A DNA stretch of 64,000 nt from an uncultured bacterium (GTDB taxonomy: Bacteria; Patescibacteriota; Saccharimonadia; UBA4664), in NCBI GenBank assembly GCA_963720265.1, contig CAVRET010000002.1, forward strand, positions 1,006,069-1,070,068. Reading direction: 5' to 3'. A model generated the notes under the pieces. The model did no database searches, was not told the DNA's origin, and saw only the letters and a list, made by a program, of their open reading frames with translations. The translations under genes and the position numbers were made by a program. The number at the start of each line of letters is the position of its first letter. The stretch's first letter is position 1. Below, piece by piece: positions 46,659 through 55,495 of the stretch.

Positions 46659-47780
46659 TCAGAGAACCTGACTGGAAGTGTAGGGCTGGACGCAGCCCTT
46701 CTTGCAGTTGTTGTGTACCGGTCGTTGGTTGCGGGGCCTGACCTGCCTGTGTGCCACCTGGGGGCGGCACTGGGACCGGCAGGTGTTGGAGCAGCAGACC
46801 CGCTTGGACTTAGGCGGCGGGCAGTAGCTGCACTTGTTGTTGACCCACTTGTAGTACTTGGTCGTGCAGGGCGCGGGCTTCAGCTTGTGCACGACCACGA
46901 CCGTCGTGACCACGTGCTTCACCGGCGGGCAGTAGGTGCACACGTTGTTGACCCACTTGTAGTACTTGGCCGTGCAGGGCGCGGGCTTCGGCTTGCACAG
47001 GACGCACTTGCCGTTCACCTTGACGGTTCCCTTGACGCACTTCAGCGGCGTGTTGTGATGCACGACCACCTTCGTGCACGTGCAGCGGACCACGGGAGTG
47101 ACAACACGCTTCGTGTGGTACACGACGACCACCGGCGTGGACGGCCCGGTGCAGAACCCGTTGACCAGCTTCCATCCCTTGATGGTACAGGGGTTGTGGC
47201 CTATCTTGTGGACGGCCACAGGCTTCGGCGGGCACTTCACGCACTGGCCGTTCACGAACTGGTATCCGTAGTGGTTGCCCGAGCAGTTCGGGTTGTGAGA
47301 CACGACCGGGCGGCAGTTGTTGTCGCCGTAGCCGTTCGGCGGGCCGCGGCTCCCGTAGGGGCTATTGCAGCTCACGGGCGGCCGGTTCACCGGGCACTTC
47401 GGCTGTATCCACCCCATCTGCTGCGGCGGGCTGGACCCGTTGTTCGGCGGTCCCGTGGACACGCCGCCGTACTGGCCACCTCCCTGAGCGGCCGTGACGT
47501 TGGAATCGGTCGAGTAACCCTTGTGAGGGTTTCCCTGCTGGTCGTTGAGGCCGGGGCAGTCGCCGCCGTTCGGCTGGGCCGGGGTGCTGATGCCGGTGTT
47601 GTCGCCGGTCAGGGCGAAGTTCCCGATGCCAGAGTGGCTCCCGAAAGCGCCGAGAAGGAGCATGGCGCCGCCGGCCGCGATGGCGACAGGCAGAACAAAG
47701 CGGGCAAGTAGCCAGCGCGCGTAGGCGGGCATCCCGCTGCCACGCGGCGGCCTAGCCACCAACGTACGGATCTTATGCAT
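46659..47780 (-). CDS. Secreted or anchored Cys/Lys/Pro/Val-rich protein with internal repeats
   Basis: AGGAAGG RBS before MHKIRT; TM/signal segment; CxxGxxxVNGxCxxC units; extreme C/G third-position bias. Confidence 0.75.
   Translation of the reverse strand: MHKIRTLVARPPRGSGMPAYARWLLARFVLPVAIAAGGAMLLLGAFGSHSGIGNFALTGDNTGISTPAQPNGGDCPGLNDQQGNPHKGYSTDSNVTAAQGGGQYGGVSTGPPNNGSSPPQQMGWIQPKCPVNRPPVSCNSPYGSRGPPNGYGDNNCRPVVSHNPNCSGNHYGYQFVNGQCVKCPPKPVAVHKIGHNPCTIKGWKLVNGFCTGPSTPVVVVYHTKRVVTPVVRCTCTKVVVHHNTPLKCVKGTVKVNGKCVLCKPKPAPCTAKYYKWVNNVCTYCPPVKHVVTTVVVVHKLKPAPCTTKYYKWVNNKCSYCPPPKSKRVCCSNTCRSQCRPQVAHRQVRPRNQRPVHNNCKKGCVQPYTSSQVL
46816..46989. repeat. 66-bp direct repeat (period 108 bp)
   Basis: Encodes KPAPCT[AT]KYYKWVNN[VK]C[TS]YCPP twice. 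Confidence 0.85.
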
Positions 47781-48263
47781 GGAACAACAGCCTTCCTGAA
47801 TCGGTTCCTGCGGTTTTTTCGATGAACTACGAACAACGAACTCGAACACATGCTGTCATTACCCTGTATAAACACAACAACGACCGCTGGGTGCGATCTT
47901 GAAGGTCTCAGTGTCTCCTGTCCTGCAATGGCTTTGCAGCGACCTTGGAGAACTACTAATTTTCAGAGTAACCGGCAACCACGGCACTCTACATGAGATG
48001 GAGCACAAAAGCAATAGTTATTATGCACAAAAATCGCCCACGCAATCCCGTTACATTGCCCGAACTGCACAGCTGCCACACATTACAGTGCCCGCGGTCC
48101 CGCCCGACGACGATCGCGACCGAGGACTCGAGGGTGCGAGCCCCTCATTGCTCACCAGGGATTTATTGGCTTGATAGAGCCGCACAATTCTTAGTCATAA
48201 ATCCATGATGAAAGCCCCGGGGTTGATTTGCATGGGTGTATATGACTCATATATACAATTATC

Positions 48264-48572
48264 ATGCAGATACTTCCTGAATTTGAAGGCTTCATTTGGG
48301 ATTGGGCCGATCTTGAAAAGAACCTAATAAAGCATAAAGTTACCGCGCAGGAAGCCGAGGAACTGTTTGCGAATGAGCCGTTTGTCATTCGTCGCGATGA
48401 CCACCACTCGAACCAGCACGAAGTGCGTTTGCAAGCCCTGGGTAAAACCAAAGCTGGCCTGAAACTATTCACTGCCTTTACCATGAGGGATCATAAATTG
48501 AGGGTCATTTCTGTGAGAGATATGACTCCGAGAGAGGAGCAAGCTTATGCGAGAATTGAAAGAACTTCCTGA
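48264..48572 (+). CDS. brnT: BrnT family toxin
   Basis: F.WD....KN..KH.V...EAEE.F...E.R...LG...FT.R...RVIS.R. Confidence 0.9.
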   Translation: MQILPEFEGFIWDWADLEKNLIKHKVTAQEAEELFANEPFVIRRDDHHSNQHEVRLQALGKTKAGLKLFTAFTMRDHKLRVISVRDMTPREEQAYARIERTS

Positions 48573-48828
48573 ATTCAAAAGCCCTGAAGAAGAGTCTGAG
48601 TTTTGGTACACCCGTGACTCAACCGAGTATGTAGATTGGTCCAACGCCGAGAGAGCCGTCTTTCCGAACCTGAAATTCGCTACTGAATCCATTTCAATTC
48701 GCCTGCCTGCGCCGCTTTTAGCACGCATTAAAGAATTGGCAAATGAAAAAGACGTTCCGTACCAATCACTCATGAAGGTGTATCTTAGCGAGCAGGTCGA
48801 TAAGGAACTAGCTGCCAAGACCAAATGA
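48547..48828 (+). CDS. brnA: BrnA/CopG antitoxin
   Basis: PEFKS.EEE.EFW...DSTEY.DW...ISIRL...VPYQSL.K. Palindromic operator at about 48237-48257. Confidence 0.88.
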   Translation: MRELKELPEFKSPEEESEFWYTRDSTEYVDWSNAERAVFPNLKFATESISIRLPAPLLARIKELANEKDVPYQSLMKVYLSEQVDKELAAKTK

Positions 48829-48913
48829 GGTTCACTCACCTCCAACGCGTTAATGCTTGCCAAGATAAAACCATAAGCATTATACTCGTGCTAATTAAAC
48901 GTCAAATACAAAC

Positions 48914-49639
48914 ATGGCTCGAAAACAGGCCGCATCTTCGACCCGCAAGAATAGATCAAACAAAAAAAATGCCACAGTTCGTAGCCGCGCGTTGCCGTCC
49001 CGGCGGTTTTCGCTGTCATTGGTGGCAATATTCGCTGCCGTTTGTGTGGTGGTGGGTATTAAGTACACGTTTTACAGCCAGGCCGACGGTGGTTACTCTC
49101 AGATGTGCGACTACAACTATTCGGCCGTGCAGTGTTTTCACGTACCGAGCGGCAGTGGCATAAGCAAACCTGTTACCACCACGAGCATTAATAACGACAC
49201 GCTGAAAGAAGATTTTGAGCAGGAATCAATGTACCGCTGCAACGGCGGCGACCGCGTCACTTCGACCTGCCCATTTACGGTCGGATCCGGACTTAATAAC
49301 CGCTACCTTAATGACCTCATCGTTCAATACGCCTACGTCGGAGACGGATCAGGCGGGAAATACTGTCTAGGTGATGAATACAATGAGTCGACCATTGCTG
49401 GGCTCCAAGGCTGCAATAGCTACTATGGTACCGGCGGCGGACCGGGCACGATATTTGTAGTGAACATCGGCGGCGGTGGCGGCACGGCCGGCTTTGTGGA
49501 AAGCAACTATTGGTCGAATCAAAATTACAAAAACGGCTTCTACAACGACCCCGGCTGGTTGTGCGCCGAAAACGGCAACAATCTTGGCCTCAACGACAGC
49601 AACGGCAACGGCGACTTGTGCCAGTGGCACCAGCTCTAG
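48914..49639 (+). CDS. Surface protein, Cys/Gly/Asn-rich beta-trefoil-like
   Basis: Basic N-terminus and TM ending SQA; CNGG..VTSTCPFT, YCLG..., GTIFV and QW. Promoter TTGCCA-N18-TATACT. Confidence 0.65.
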   Translation: MARKQAASSTRKNRSNKKNATVRSRALPSRRFSLSLVAIFAAVCVVVGIKYTFYSQADGGYSQMCDYNYSAVQCFHVPSGSGISKPVTTTSINNDTLKEDFEQESMYRCNGGDRVTSTCPFTVGSGLNNRYLNDLIVQYAYVGDGSGGKYCLGDEYNESTIAGLQGCNSYYGTGGGPGTIFVVNIGGGGGTAGFVESNYWSNQNYKNGFYNDPGWLCAENGNNLGLNDSNGNGDLCQWHQL

Positions 49640-49650
49640 CGGCTATTTTA

Positions 49651-50148
49651 CTAGCGCGTCACCCGGCCGCTCTCAGCATCAAGCGCCTGATCAAGCAGTT
49701 TCACCAGCCTGGCGTTGGCAGCGGTCAGCTGCTGCCGCGCCTGTACCAGGTCAGTTATATCAATATTGACTGACATCAGGCCATTGATGTTATCGGCATC
49801 GTCGTACGTTGGCTCAATGCTCAGGTCAAAGGTACGCGCTTTGTGGCCGTTCAGCGGCAGTGACACGGTTTCATGATAGGGCCGACCGGTTGCAAGGACC
49901 GTGCGCTTCACAGCGGTAAGTCGCTGCACTTCGGGCTGGTCGTGCACAATATCCTCAAGCCGTTTACCAAGGATATCCATGCCGAGATCCGGACTGGGAT
50001 TGGATACGTGAATATATTTGAGGTCGAGATCTTCCAGGGCGACACTCACACGCGGATGGGAGAACGTCTCCAGATTCTTGGCCGCCCGCGTCAACATCCG
50101 TTTAACTTCTCTCATCTCGCCTCCAATTGTCTTTATCAAGCATATCAC
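49651..50148 (-). CDS. Stand-alone PAS domain protein
   Basis: D.DLKYI.VSN...ILGK...KR.VL.TG...EP.YD...I.GL....DITD, followed by a coiled coil. Confidence 0.8.
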   Translation of the reverse strand: MICLIKTIGGEMREVKRMLTRAAKNLETFSHPRVSVALEDLDLKYIHVSNPSPDLGMDILGKRLEDIVHDQPEVQRLTAVKRTVLATGRPYHETVSLPLNGHKARTFDLSIEPTYDDADNINGLMSVNIDITDLVQARQQLTAANARLVKLLDQALDAESGRVTR

Positions 50149-50203
50149 GCTGGTAACACGCCCATAATGCTTATGTTTATTGGCTTAGGAAAGCAAAAAA
50201 CCC

Positions 50204-50232
50204 TTGACGCGCTGCGAGGCTGGCGCTACATT
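50204..50232 (+). promoter_or_regulatory. Sigma70 promoter of the candidate ncRNA
   Basis: TTGACG-N17-TACATT. Confidence 0.7.
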
Positions 50233-50235
50233 AAA

Positions 50236-50506
50236 GGTACCTCTACTTTGTGCAGAGGTACCTACCGAAAAAGGAGATGAGGAGGCAACTTCGAGTCACA
50301 CCGTTCGGGTCTGATAGGAGCAGTGAGTGAGGTTGGTGGGGAGGTCGCAAGGCCAAACGAGTAGCCACACGACAGCCACTGAAGCAGCTGGTGAAAACTA
50401 GGCCGACCATCGGTAAATGGCTGTCCGTTTGAGGGGGCGAGCAATCGCATCGGAGGATGAAACTGCAAGATGGGCAAGACGCCGCTGGGAAACCGGTGGC
50501 GTTTTT
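50236..50506 (+). ncRNA. Unassigned ~270-nt highly structured RNA
   Basis: Own promoter and terminator; no credible plus-strand ORF. GNRA-capped stems (GGAG-GCAA-CTTC, GGTC-GCAA-GGCC, GCGA-GCAA-TCGC) and nested helices CAAACG/CGTTTG and GACAGCCA/TGGCTGTC. Confidence 0.7.
50476..50506 (+). terminator. Intrinsic terminator
   Basis: AAGACGCCGCTGG-GAAA-CCGGTGGCGTTTTT. Confidence 0.8.
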
Positions 50507-50553
50507 GTGTTGAGTGCGACCAAGTGTTTCCGCTTGTGCTAAACTAACAGGTA

Positions 50554-52494
50554 ATGAGCGCGCGCGTTGTGAGGGGCTTAACCCCTGTTGGAAAACCGCA
50601 TCCTGCCGCCAAGTGGAGTCTGCTCATGGCACTATTGGCGGTGGTTGTGCTTGGTGTACCGGGCATTGCTTCGGCCGGCCAGCCTACGGTGCATGCGCCC
50701 ACCGGCCCGGAGTCGGGCGGGGTTTTTACCGGACCCTACACCTTTGATACCTATATAAACTGCAGCGGCGGGGCCAGCTTTAACAGCTCCTACACCAACT
50801 CCCTTGACGGCACTCATGCATTTGCGTTTTATGGTGCGGCCGACGGTTCGCTACTTGTTACCATCGACGGCGGCGGACTGCTGCTCATTACTTCCTGCGG
50901 CAATCCGCTCACCGGCCCGATGACTAATGTGGCCGACTACACGGTCACGAAAGGCAACCCACCCAGCCCCACGCCGACGCCGTCAGCCACGCCCTCACCC
51001 ACGCCACGGCCCAGCGCCACACCGACGCCGCCGGCCGGATCGGGCAGCAGCAAGGGCAGTGGAAGCAATGGGGGAGGCAACGCCGCCGCGGCCTCTGGCG
51101 GCACGGCGGACACTCCAACGCCGCAGACGAATCCCGGCCAGCCGACCCCGGTTGCAACCACGCCGACCGCGGCCGGCACCCCGGTCCCAACCGGCGCGCA
51201 CAACAAAACGCCGGCGGTCCAGTTGCCCTTTAGGGTTTCAGGCCAGCCGGAAGGTAAGCAGTTCCCGCTCACCTTGGCCATGATCCTGCTTGGCCTGGCG
51301 TTACTCGGAATATTAATAGTTGTCCTGAGCCGCTCACGGCATGCCCGCGAACGACTCCACTCCGCGATCATGCCGCTAAAATTACGGTTCGAACCGCACT
51401 GGCTGCGCTTCCGTCATGCTGTTAGGACACACTTGCCCACGCCGCACGGCCTCAACGAACCGAAGAAAAAAGGCCTGAGCGCGCACCATCACTCCGGCCG
51501 CCTGCTTGCGCACCATCACACGTCGTATCCAGCGCTGGCCTTCTTACTCCTGGTCTCAGCCATACTGGCCGCTGCAGCTTCATATGCCACACAAGCTGAC
51601 AGCTCGGACAGCTCAGTGGTGTCGCTGACCGTTAATGGACCGCCGCCGTCAACCGCGCCCACAATTGACGACCCCACCACCGGCGACCACGTATCAACGA
51701 ATAGCATTACGGTCCGCGGTACCTGCCAAAGCGGGCTATTGGTTGAAGTTGACCGCAATACCGACTTTGCCGGCGATACCATGTGCGACGCGAGCGGCCT
51801 GTACTCCGTGCTCATCACCCTGGTGCCAAATGAGAACGACCTTGTGGCTCGCCACGCCGACGCGCTTGGGCAGTACGGGCCGGATTCAAATGTCGTGATC
51901 GTTTTCTACGACGTGCCCCCGCCCCCGCCGTCTCCATCGCCGTCGGCTTCACCAACCCCGCTCCCGTCCGGCTCATCCGGATCCAGCTCGGGTACTAAGC
52001 ACACTGCCCAAACCGCTACCCCCACGCCTGCACCCCCAGCCCAGCCCGCGCCGTTGCTTATCAGTGCCGGTAATCAGTTGTATCGCGGCGGCGAGGTCCA
52101 AGAAACTATCCAGTGGCCGGTCACCATCACCGGCGGCCGCGGACCCTACGTCGTCACCTGGGAATGGGGCGACGGCAGCGCAACCGATTCGCTCGTGGCG
52201 CCGGCCGCCGGCCCGGTACAAATGGCCCATGCGTACGCGAATCCCGGATCGTACCAGGTGACGATTCGGGCTACGGACGCCAGTGGTAACCAAGCCGTAC
52301 TGCAAGTCGTGACTGTTATTAATGGCACGGCGACAGCCGCCTCGGCCATCGGCAATTCCAAGCCGGATGCCGGTGTCTTGATAGCAATCTGGCCGACACT
52401 GAGCCTATGCGGCCTTCTCGTGCTTTGCTTCTGGTTGGGAGAACGACACAAGCAAGCTATCGTTGACAGGCTGCGCAATACCGGTTACGCTTGA
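50554..52494 (+). CDS. Multi-anchored Pro-rich surface protein with Ig-like and PKD domains
   Basis: Signal peptide, P/T linker, TM, HHHSGRLLAHHHTSY, TM, Ig, PKD (WEWGDG...HAY.NPGSY) and a C-terminal TM. Confidence 0.8.
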   Translation: MSARVVRGLTPVGKPHPAAKWSLLMALLAVVVLGVPGIASAGQPTVHAPTGPESGGVFTGPYTFDTYINCSGGASFNSSYTNSLDGTHAFAFYGAADGSLLVTIDGGGLLLITSCGNPLTGPMTNVADYTVTKGNPPSPTPTPSATPSPTPRPSATPTPPAGSGSSKGSGSNGGGNAAAASGGTADTPTPQTNPGQPTPVATTPTAAGTPVPTGAHNKTPAVQLPFRVSGQPEGKQFPLTLAMILLGLALLGILIVVLSRSRHARERLHSAIMPLKLRFEPHWLRFRHAVRTHLPTPHGLNEPKKKGLSAHHHSGRLLAHHHTSYPALAFLLLVSAILAAAASYATQADSSDSSVVSLTVNGPPPSTAPTIDDPTTGDHVSTNSITVRGTCQSGLLVEVDRNTDFAGDTMCDASGLYSVLITLVPNENDLVARHADALGQYGPDSNVVIVFYDVPPPPPSPSPSASPTPLPSGSSGSSSGTKHTAQTATPTPAPPAQPAPLLISAGNQLYRGGEVQETIQWPVTITGGRGPYVVTWEWGDGSATDSLVAPAAGPVQMAHAYANPGSYQVTIRATDASGNQAVLQVVTVINGTATAASAIGNSKPDAGVLIAIWPTLSLCGLLVLCFWLGERHKQAIVDRLRNTGYA

Positions 52495-53666
52495 TTCAGG
52501 CCTGTTGTAGGCTTAACACTAAATCAAACGTTCGAAGCAAAACCAAACAAACAAAAGTGCCAAGAATTTCAGGATCATACCAATCGTCCAAGCGCCCGTC
52601 ACGTCACCCCGTGCTCTACCGCCGGATCTGGCTTGTGGTAGCTTTTGTTGTTACGGTCATTGCTGCAACGAGTGCGCCTATACATGCCGCCACTTTGTCG
52701 ACCGCTTCAGTGGCAATGTCTGATCCCAGGCCCAATTCCACGGCTGTTAACTATACCGTCACCGCCTCGAGCGTATCGTCCATTGCGCTGCGCTGCATTG
52801 AGGAAACCTACGTCACCACCCCCGGCGGTGCAACGGCTGTGCCTGGCTTCAGCTCCGCTGCCGCCACCGTCAGCGCCGGCTCAACCTTACTGAACGGCTC
52901 GACCGGCACCTGGAATGTCACCGACACTGCCAACAGCATTAAGTACGCCAACACCACCAACGCCACCGCGCCCAGTACTACCACCGGCGCCACGTTTATT
53001 GCCCAAAACATTACCAACGGCAGCACCGGTAACACCAGCTACTGGATTACGTTCCAGACTTTCAGCGACTCGGCTTGCTCAGTACCGGTTGACAACGCCA
53101 CCGTCGGCTTCATCTACAATCAGGGCTCCACACTCTCGCTGACGGTTAACGACACGCTCAGCTTCACAGTCAACGCCGTAGCAGCCAGCCAAGCTTGTGA
53201 TGGCACTACCACCACGGGTGCATCGACTGCCACCACCATTCCGTTTGGCACGGTCACGAGTGCCGCCAATGCAATTGTCTGCCAAGACCTCACTGCCGCT
53301 ACCAACGCGACTAACGGCTACACCATTTACGCGCGCTACACTGCGAAACCCACCAACGCGCTGAACCAAACCATTGCCGACTGGACCGGCACTAATGCCG
53401 CGCCCACGCCGTTCGCGGCCGCCGGCACAGAAGCCTACGGCTACACCACCAACGATGCGACGCTCGGCACCGGCACGGTCAACCGCTTTACTAACCCAGT
53501 CCAAAACTGGGCCGCCATGACCACCAGTAACGCCGAAGTCGCCTATGAGCCTAACGGTGTCACCAGCACCACCTACCGCATCGGCCACCAGGTCGGCGTC
53601 TCGCTCACCACCCGGCCTGGTACCTACACCACGACCGTCATCTACACCTGCACACCGATTTATTAG
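52491..53666 (+). CDS. WxL-like secreted subunit, paralog 1 (true start probably downstream)
   Basis: Signal ending IHA; ATLSTASVAMSDP; TNATNGYTIY; GTEAYGY; C-terminal PGTYTTTVIYTCTPIY. Confidence 0.75.
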   Translation: MIQACCRLNTKSNVRSKTKQTKVPRISGSYQSSKRPSRHPVLYRRIWLVVAFVVTVIAATSAPIHAATLSTASVAMSDPRPNSTAVNYTVTASSVSSIALRCIEETYVTTPGGATAVPGFSSAAATVSAGSTLLNGSTGTWNVTDTANSIKYANTTNATAPSTTTGATFIAQNITNGSTGNTSYWITFQTFSDSACSVPVDNATVGFIYNQGSTLSLTVNDTLSFTVNAVAASQACDGTTTTGASTATTIPFGTVTSAANAIVCQDLTAATNATNGYTIYARYTAKPTNALNQTIADWTGTNAAPTPFAAAGTEAYGYTTNDATLGTGTVNRFTNPVQNWAAMTTSNAEVAYEPNGVTSTTYRIGHQVGVSLTTRPGTYTTTVIYTCTPIY

Positions 53667-53767
53667 ATAAAAGTAATCTTTGGCTGCGGCTTTTACGCAC
53701 TGTCACGGTTGACTCTAAAAAACGTCCACGCTAACATTGCCTTGCTCATTTACACCAAGACAGGGAA

Positions 53768-54181
53768 GTGATAAACGTGGACAAACCGAGGTGGCGAGCC
53801 ATCCAAGTCGTCCTGTTTTGCGTATTCCTTCCGTTCTACCTCGGCGGCTGGATGCTGATAGCCTTCGAAATTGTGCTGATCCCTGAAACCTTTGGGCTCG
53901 TCAAACACGCCCATCATCTGTCCGCGACTTGGGCACTAATCTTGGCGGTCGTGTGTCTTTTGGTAACGGCGAACAGTTTTCGGTTTTGGAAAACCGGAAA
54001 CAGCAAGCTCCTGTTTGAAATCCTGTCAGACACCAGCGCCCCTGAGGACCAAGCGCTCAAAATGAGCGAGAGTGGCACCGAGCCGCTTCCACCTACCGGC
54101 CAAGACGTCCCCGGTTGGATAGTTGCAGTCGCACTCATACTCTTGGTGGGTCGAGCACTGTGGACAAATAGGTCACAGTGA
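53768..54181 (+). CDS. Three-TM hypothetical protein
   Basis: Hydrophobic helices; inserted between the paralogs. Confidence 0.55.
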   Translation: MINVDKPRWRAIQVVLFCVFLPFYLGGWMLIAFEIVLIPETFGLVKHAHHLSATWALILAVVCLLVTANSFRFWKTGNSKLLFEILSDTSAPEDQALKMSESGTEPLPPTGQDVPGWIVAVALILLVGRALWTNRSQ

Positions 54182-54311
54182 CCGTTCAATATCGCTAGCG
54201 GGGTCACAACGACGATGGTTCCGCTACACCGAGCGCCGCGCGAAAAATCCGCGGCGTTTGATTGCAAACATAAGCACAATCCGCTACACTCCAATCAACT
54301 CTTGATGGAGT

Positions 54312-55436
54312 TTGTCATTGCAGCGCCTAATTCGCGCCGCCCGGGTTTTGGGTATTTCGTTACCTACACACCCGCGCCGGCCGCTACAATATTTTTTGAT
54401 CGTAATCCTGGGGCTCATGCTGTTGCCGGCCGCCCCAGTCGCGGCGGCAACGCTAAACACCGCCTCGGTTGCTCTATCTGACCCGCAGCCTGCCGCCACT
54501 GGTGTAACGTATGATTTCACCGGCTCCGGCGTTACATCCACGGCTATTAATTGTGTGCAGGTGACTATTGCAACTACTGCCACCGGCACCACCGCGCCCA
54601 GCGGTTTTGACGGCAGTAGCGCCAGCGTTTCGGCCGGGCAATCATCGCTCATTAACTCCAGCGGCGCAGGCTGGGGTCTCGTTGTTTCCGGCTCGGGCAA
54701 CAACGTTTTCAGCTACACCAATTCGTCCGGTGTCACGCCAAGTACGCTATCCGGCGCCACCTTCGTGCTTGCCAATATTACCAATTCTAATACTGCCGAC
54801 ACCGGCTACTTCTTTCAGCTCAACACCTACGCTAATACCAATTGCACGAGCTCGCCGGTCGACAATGTGGTCACGCAATTCATTAACACCAACGGCTCGA
54901 CCCTCTCGCTCACCGTTACGCCCACACTTAGCTTTACCGTGAACGGCATAAGTTCCAGCGCCAGCTGCGACGGCACCACCACCACCGGTACGTCCACTGC
55001 CACCACGATTCCGTTCGGCACGGTCACAAGTGCTGCCAATGCCGTGGTTTGCCAGGACCTGCAAGCCGCTACCAATGCCACGAATGGCTACACGATATAT
55101 TTACGCGACACCGGCCAGCCCACGAGCGGCAGCAATACTATCGCCAACGCTCCGGGCTCCAATGCCTCACCGGCCGCTTTTCCGTCGGCCGGCACCGAGG
55201 CCTATGGCTACACCACCAACGATCAAACTCTGGGCACCGGTACTCCAAACCGCTTCTATAATGGCTCGACCTACAAGTGGGCGGCTGCCACCACATCAGA
55301 CGAGGAGGTTGCCTACGAGTCCGCCGGCGTGGCCACCACCGATTACGACATTGCCCACCAAGTTGGCATTGCCTCAACAACTTTCTCGGGCACCTACACC
55401 ACGACCATTATTTACACCTGCACGCCGGTGTATTAA
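54312..55436 (+). CDS. WxL-like secreted subunit, paralog 2
   Basis: ATLNTASVALSDP...SGTYTTTIIYTCTPVY. Confidence 0.75.
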   Translation: MSLQRLIRAARVLGISLPTHPRRPLQYFLIVILGLMLLPAAPVAAATLNTASVALSDPQPAATGVTYDFTGSGVTSTAINCVQVTIATTATGTTAPSGFDGSSASVSAGQSSLINSSGAGWGLVVSGSGNNVFSYTNSSGVTPSTLSGATFVLANITNSNTADTGYFFQLNTYANTNCTSSPVDNVVTQFINTNGSTLSLTVTPTLSFTVNGISSSASCDGTTTTGTSTATTIPFGTVTSAANAVVCQDLQAATNATNGYTIYLRDTGQPTSGSNTIANAPGSNASPAAFPSAGTEAYGYTTNDQTLGTGTPNRFYNGSTYKWAAATTSDEEVAYESAGVATTDYDIAHQVGIASTTFSGTYTTTIIYTCTPVY

Positions 55437-55495
55437 CCTCTTACAATAGTTCTTCACATCCGAGCGCAAGTTGCGCCGACCGAAATGGAGCCGCC

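Noticed and set aside
46635-47711. 358-aa plus-strand ORF
   Set aside because: Antisense shadow of the strongly codon-biased minus-strand Cys-rich gene; no RBS or recognisable motifs.
50236-50475. Lysine or cobalamin riboswitch, RNase P, tmRNA, SRP or hammerhead identity for the ncRNA
   Set aside because: Isolated words match (AGAGGT, GCCACTG, CTGATAG, AGCAG) but their order and surrounding helices do not fit these families, so it is left unassigned.
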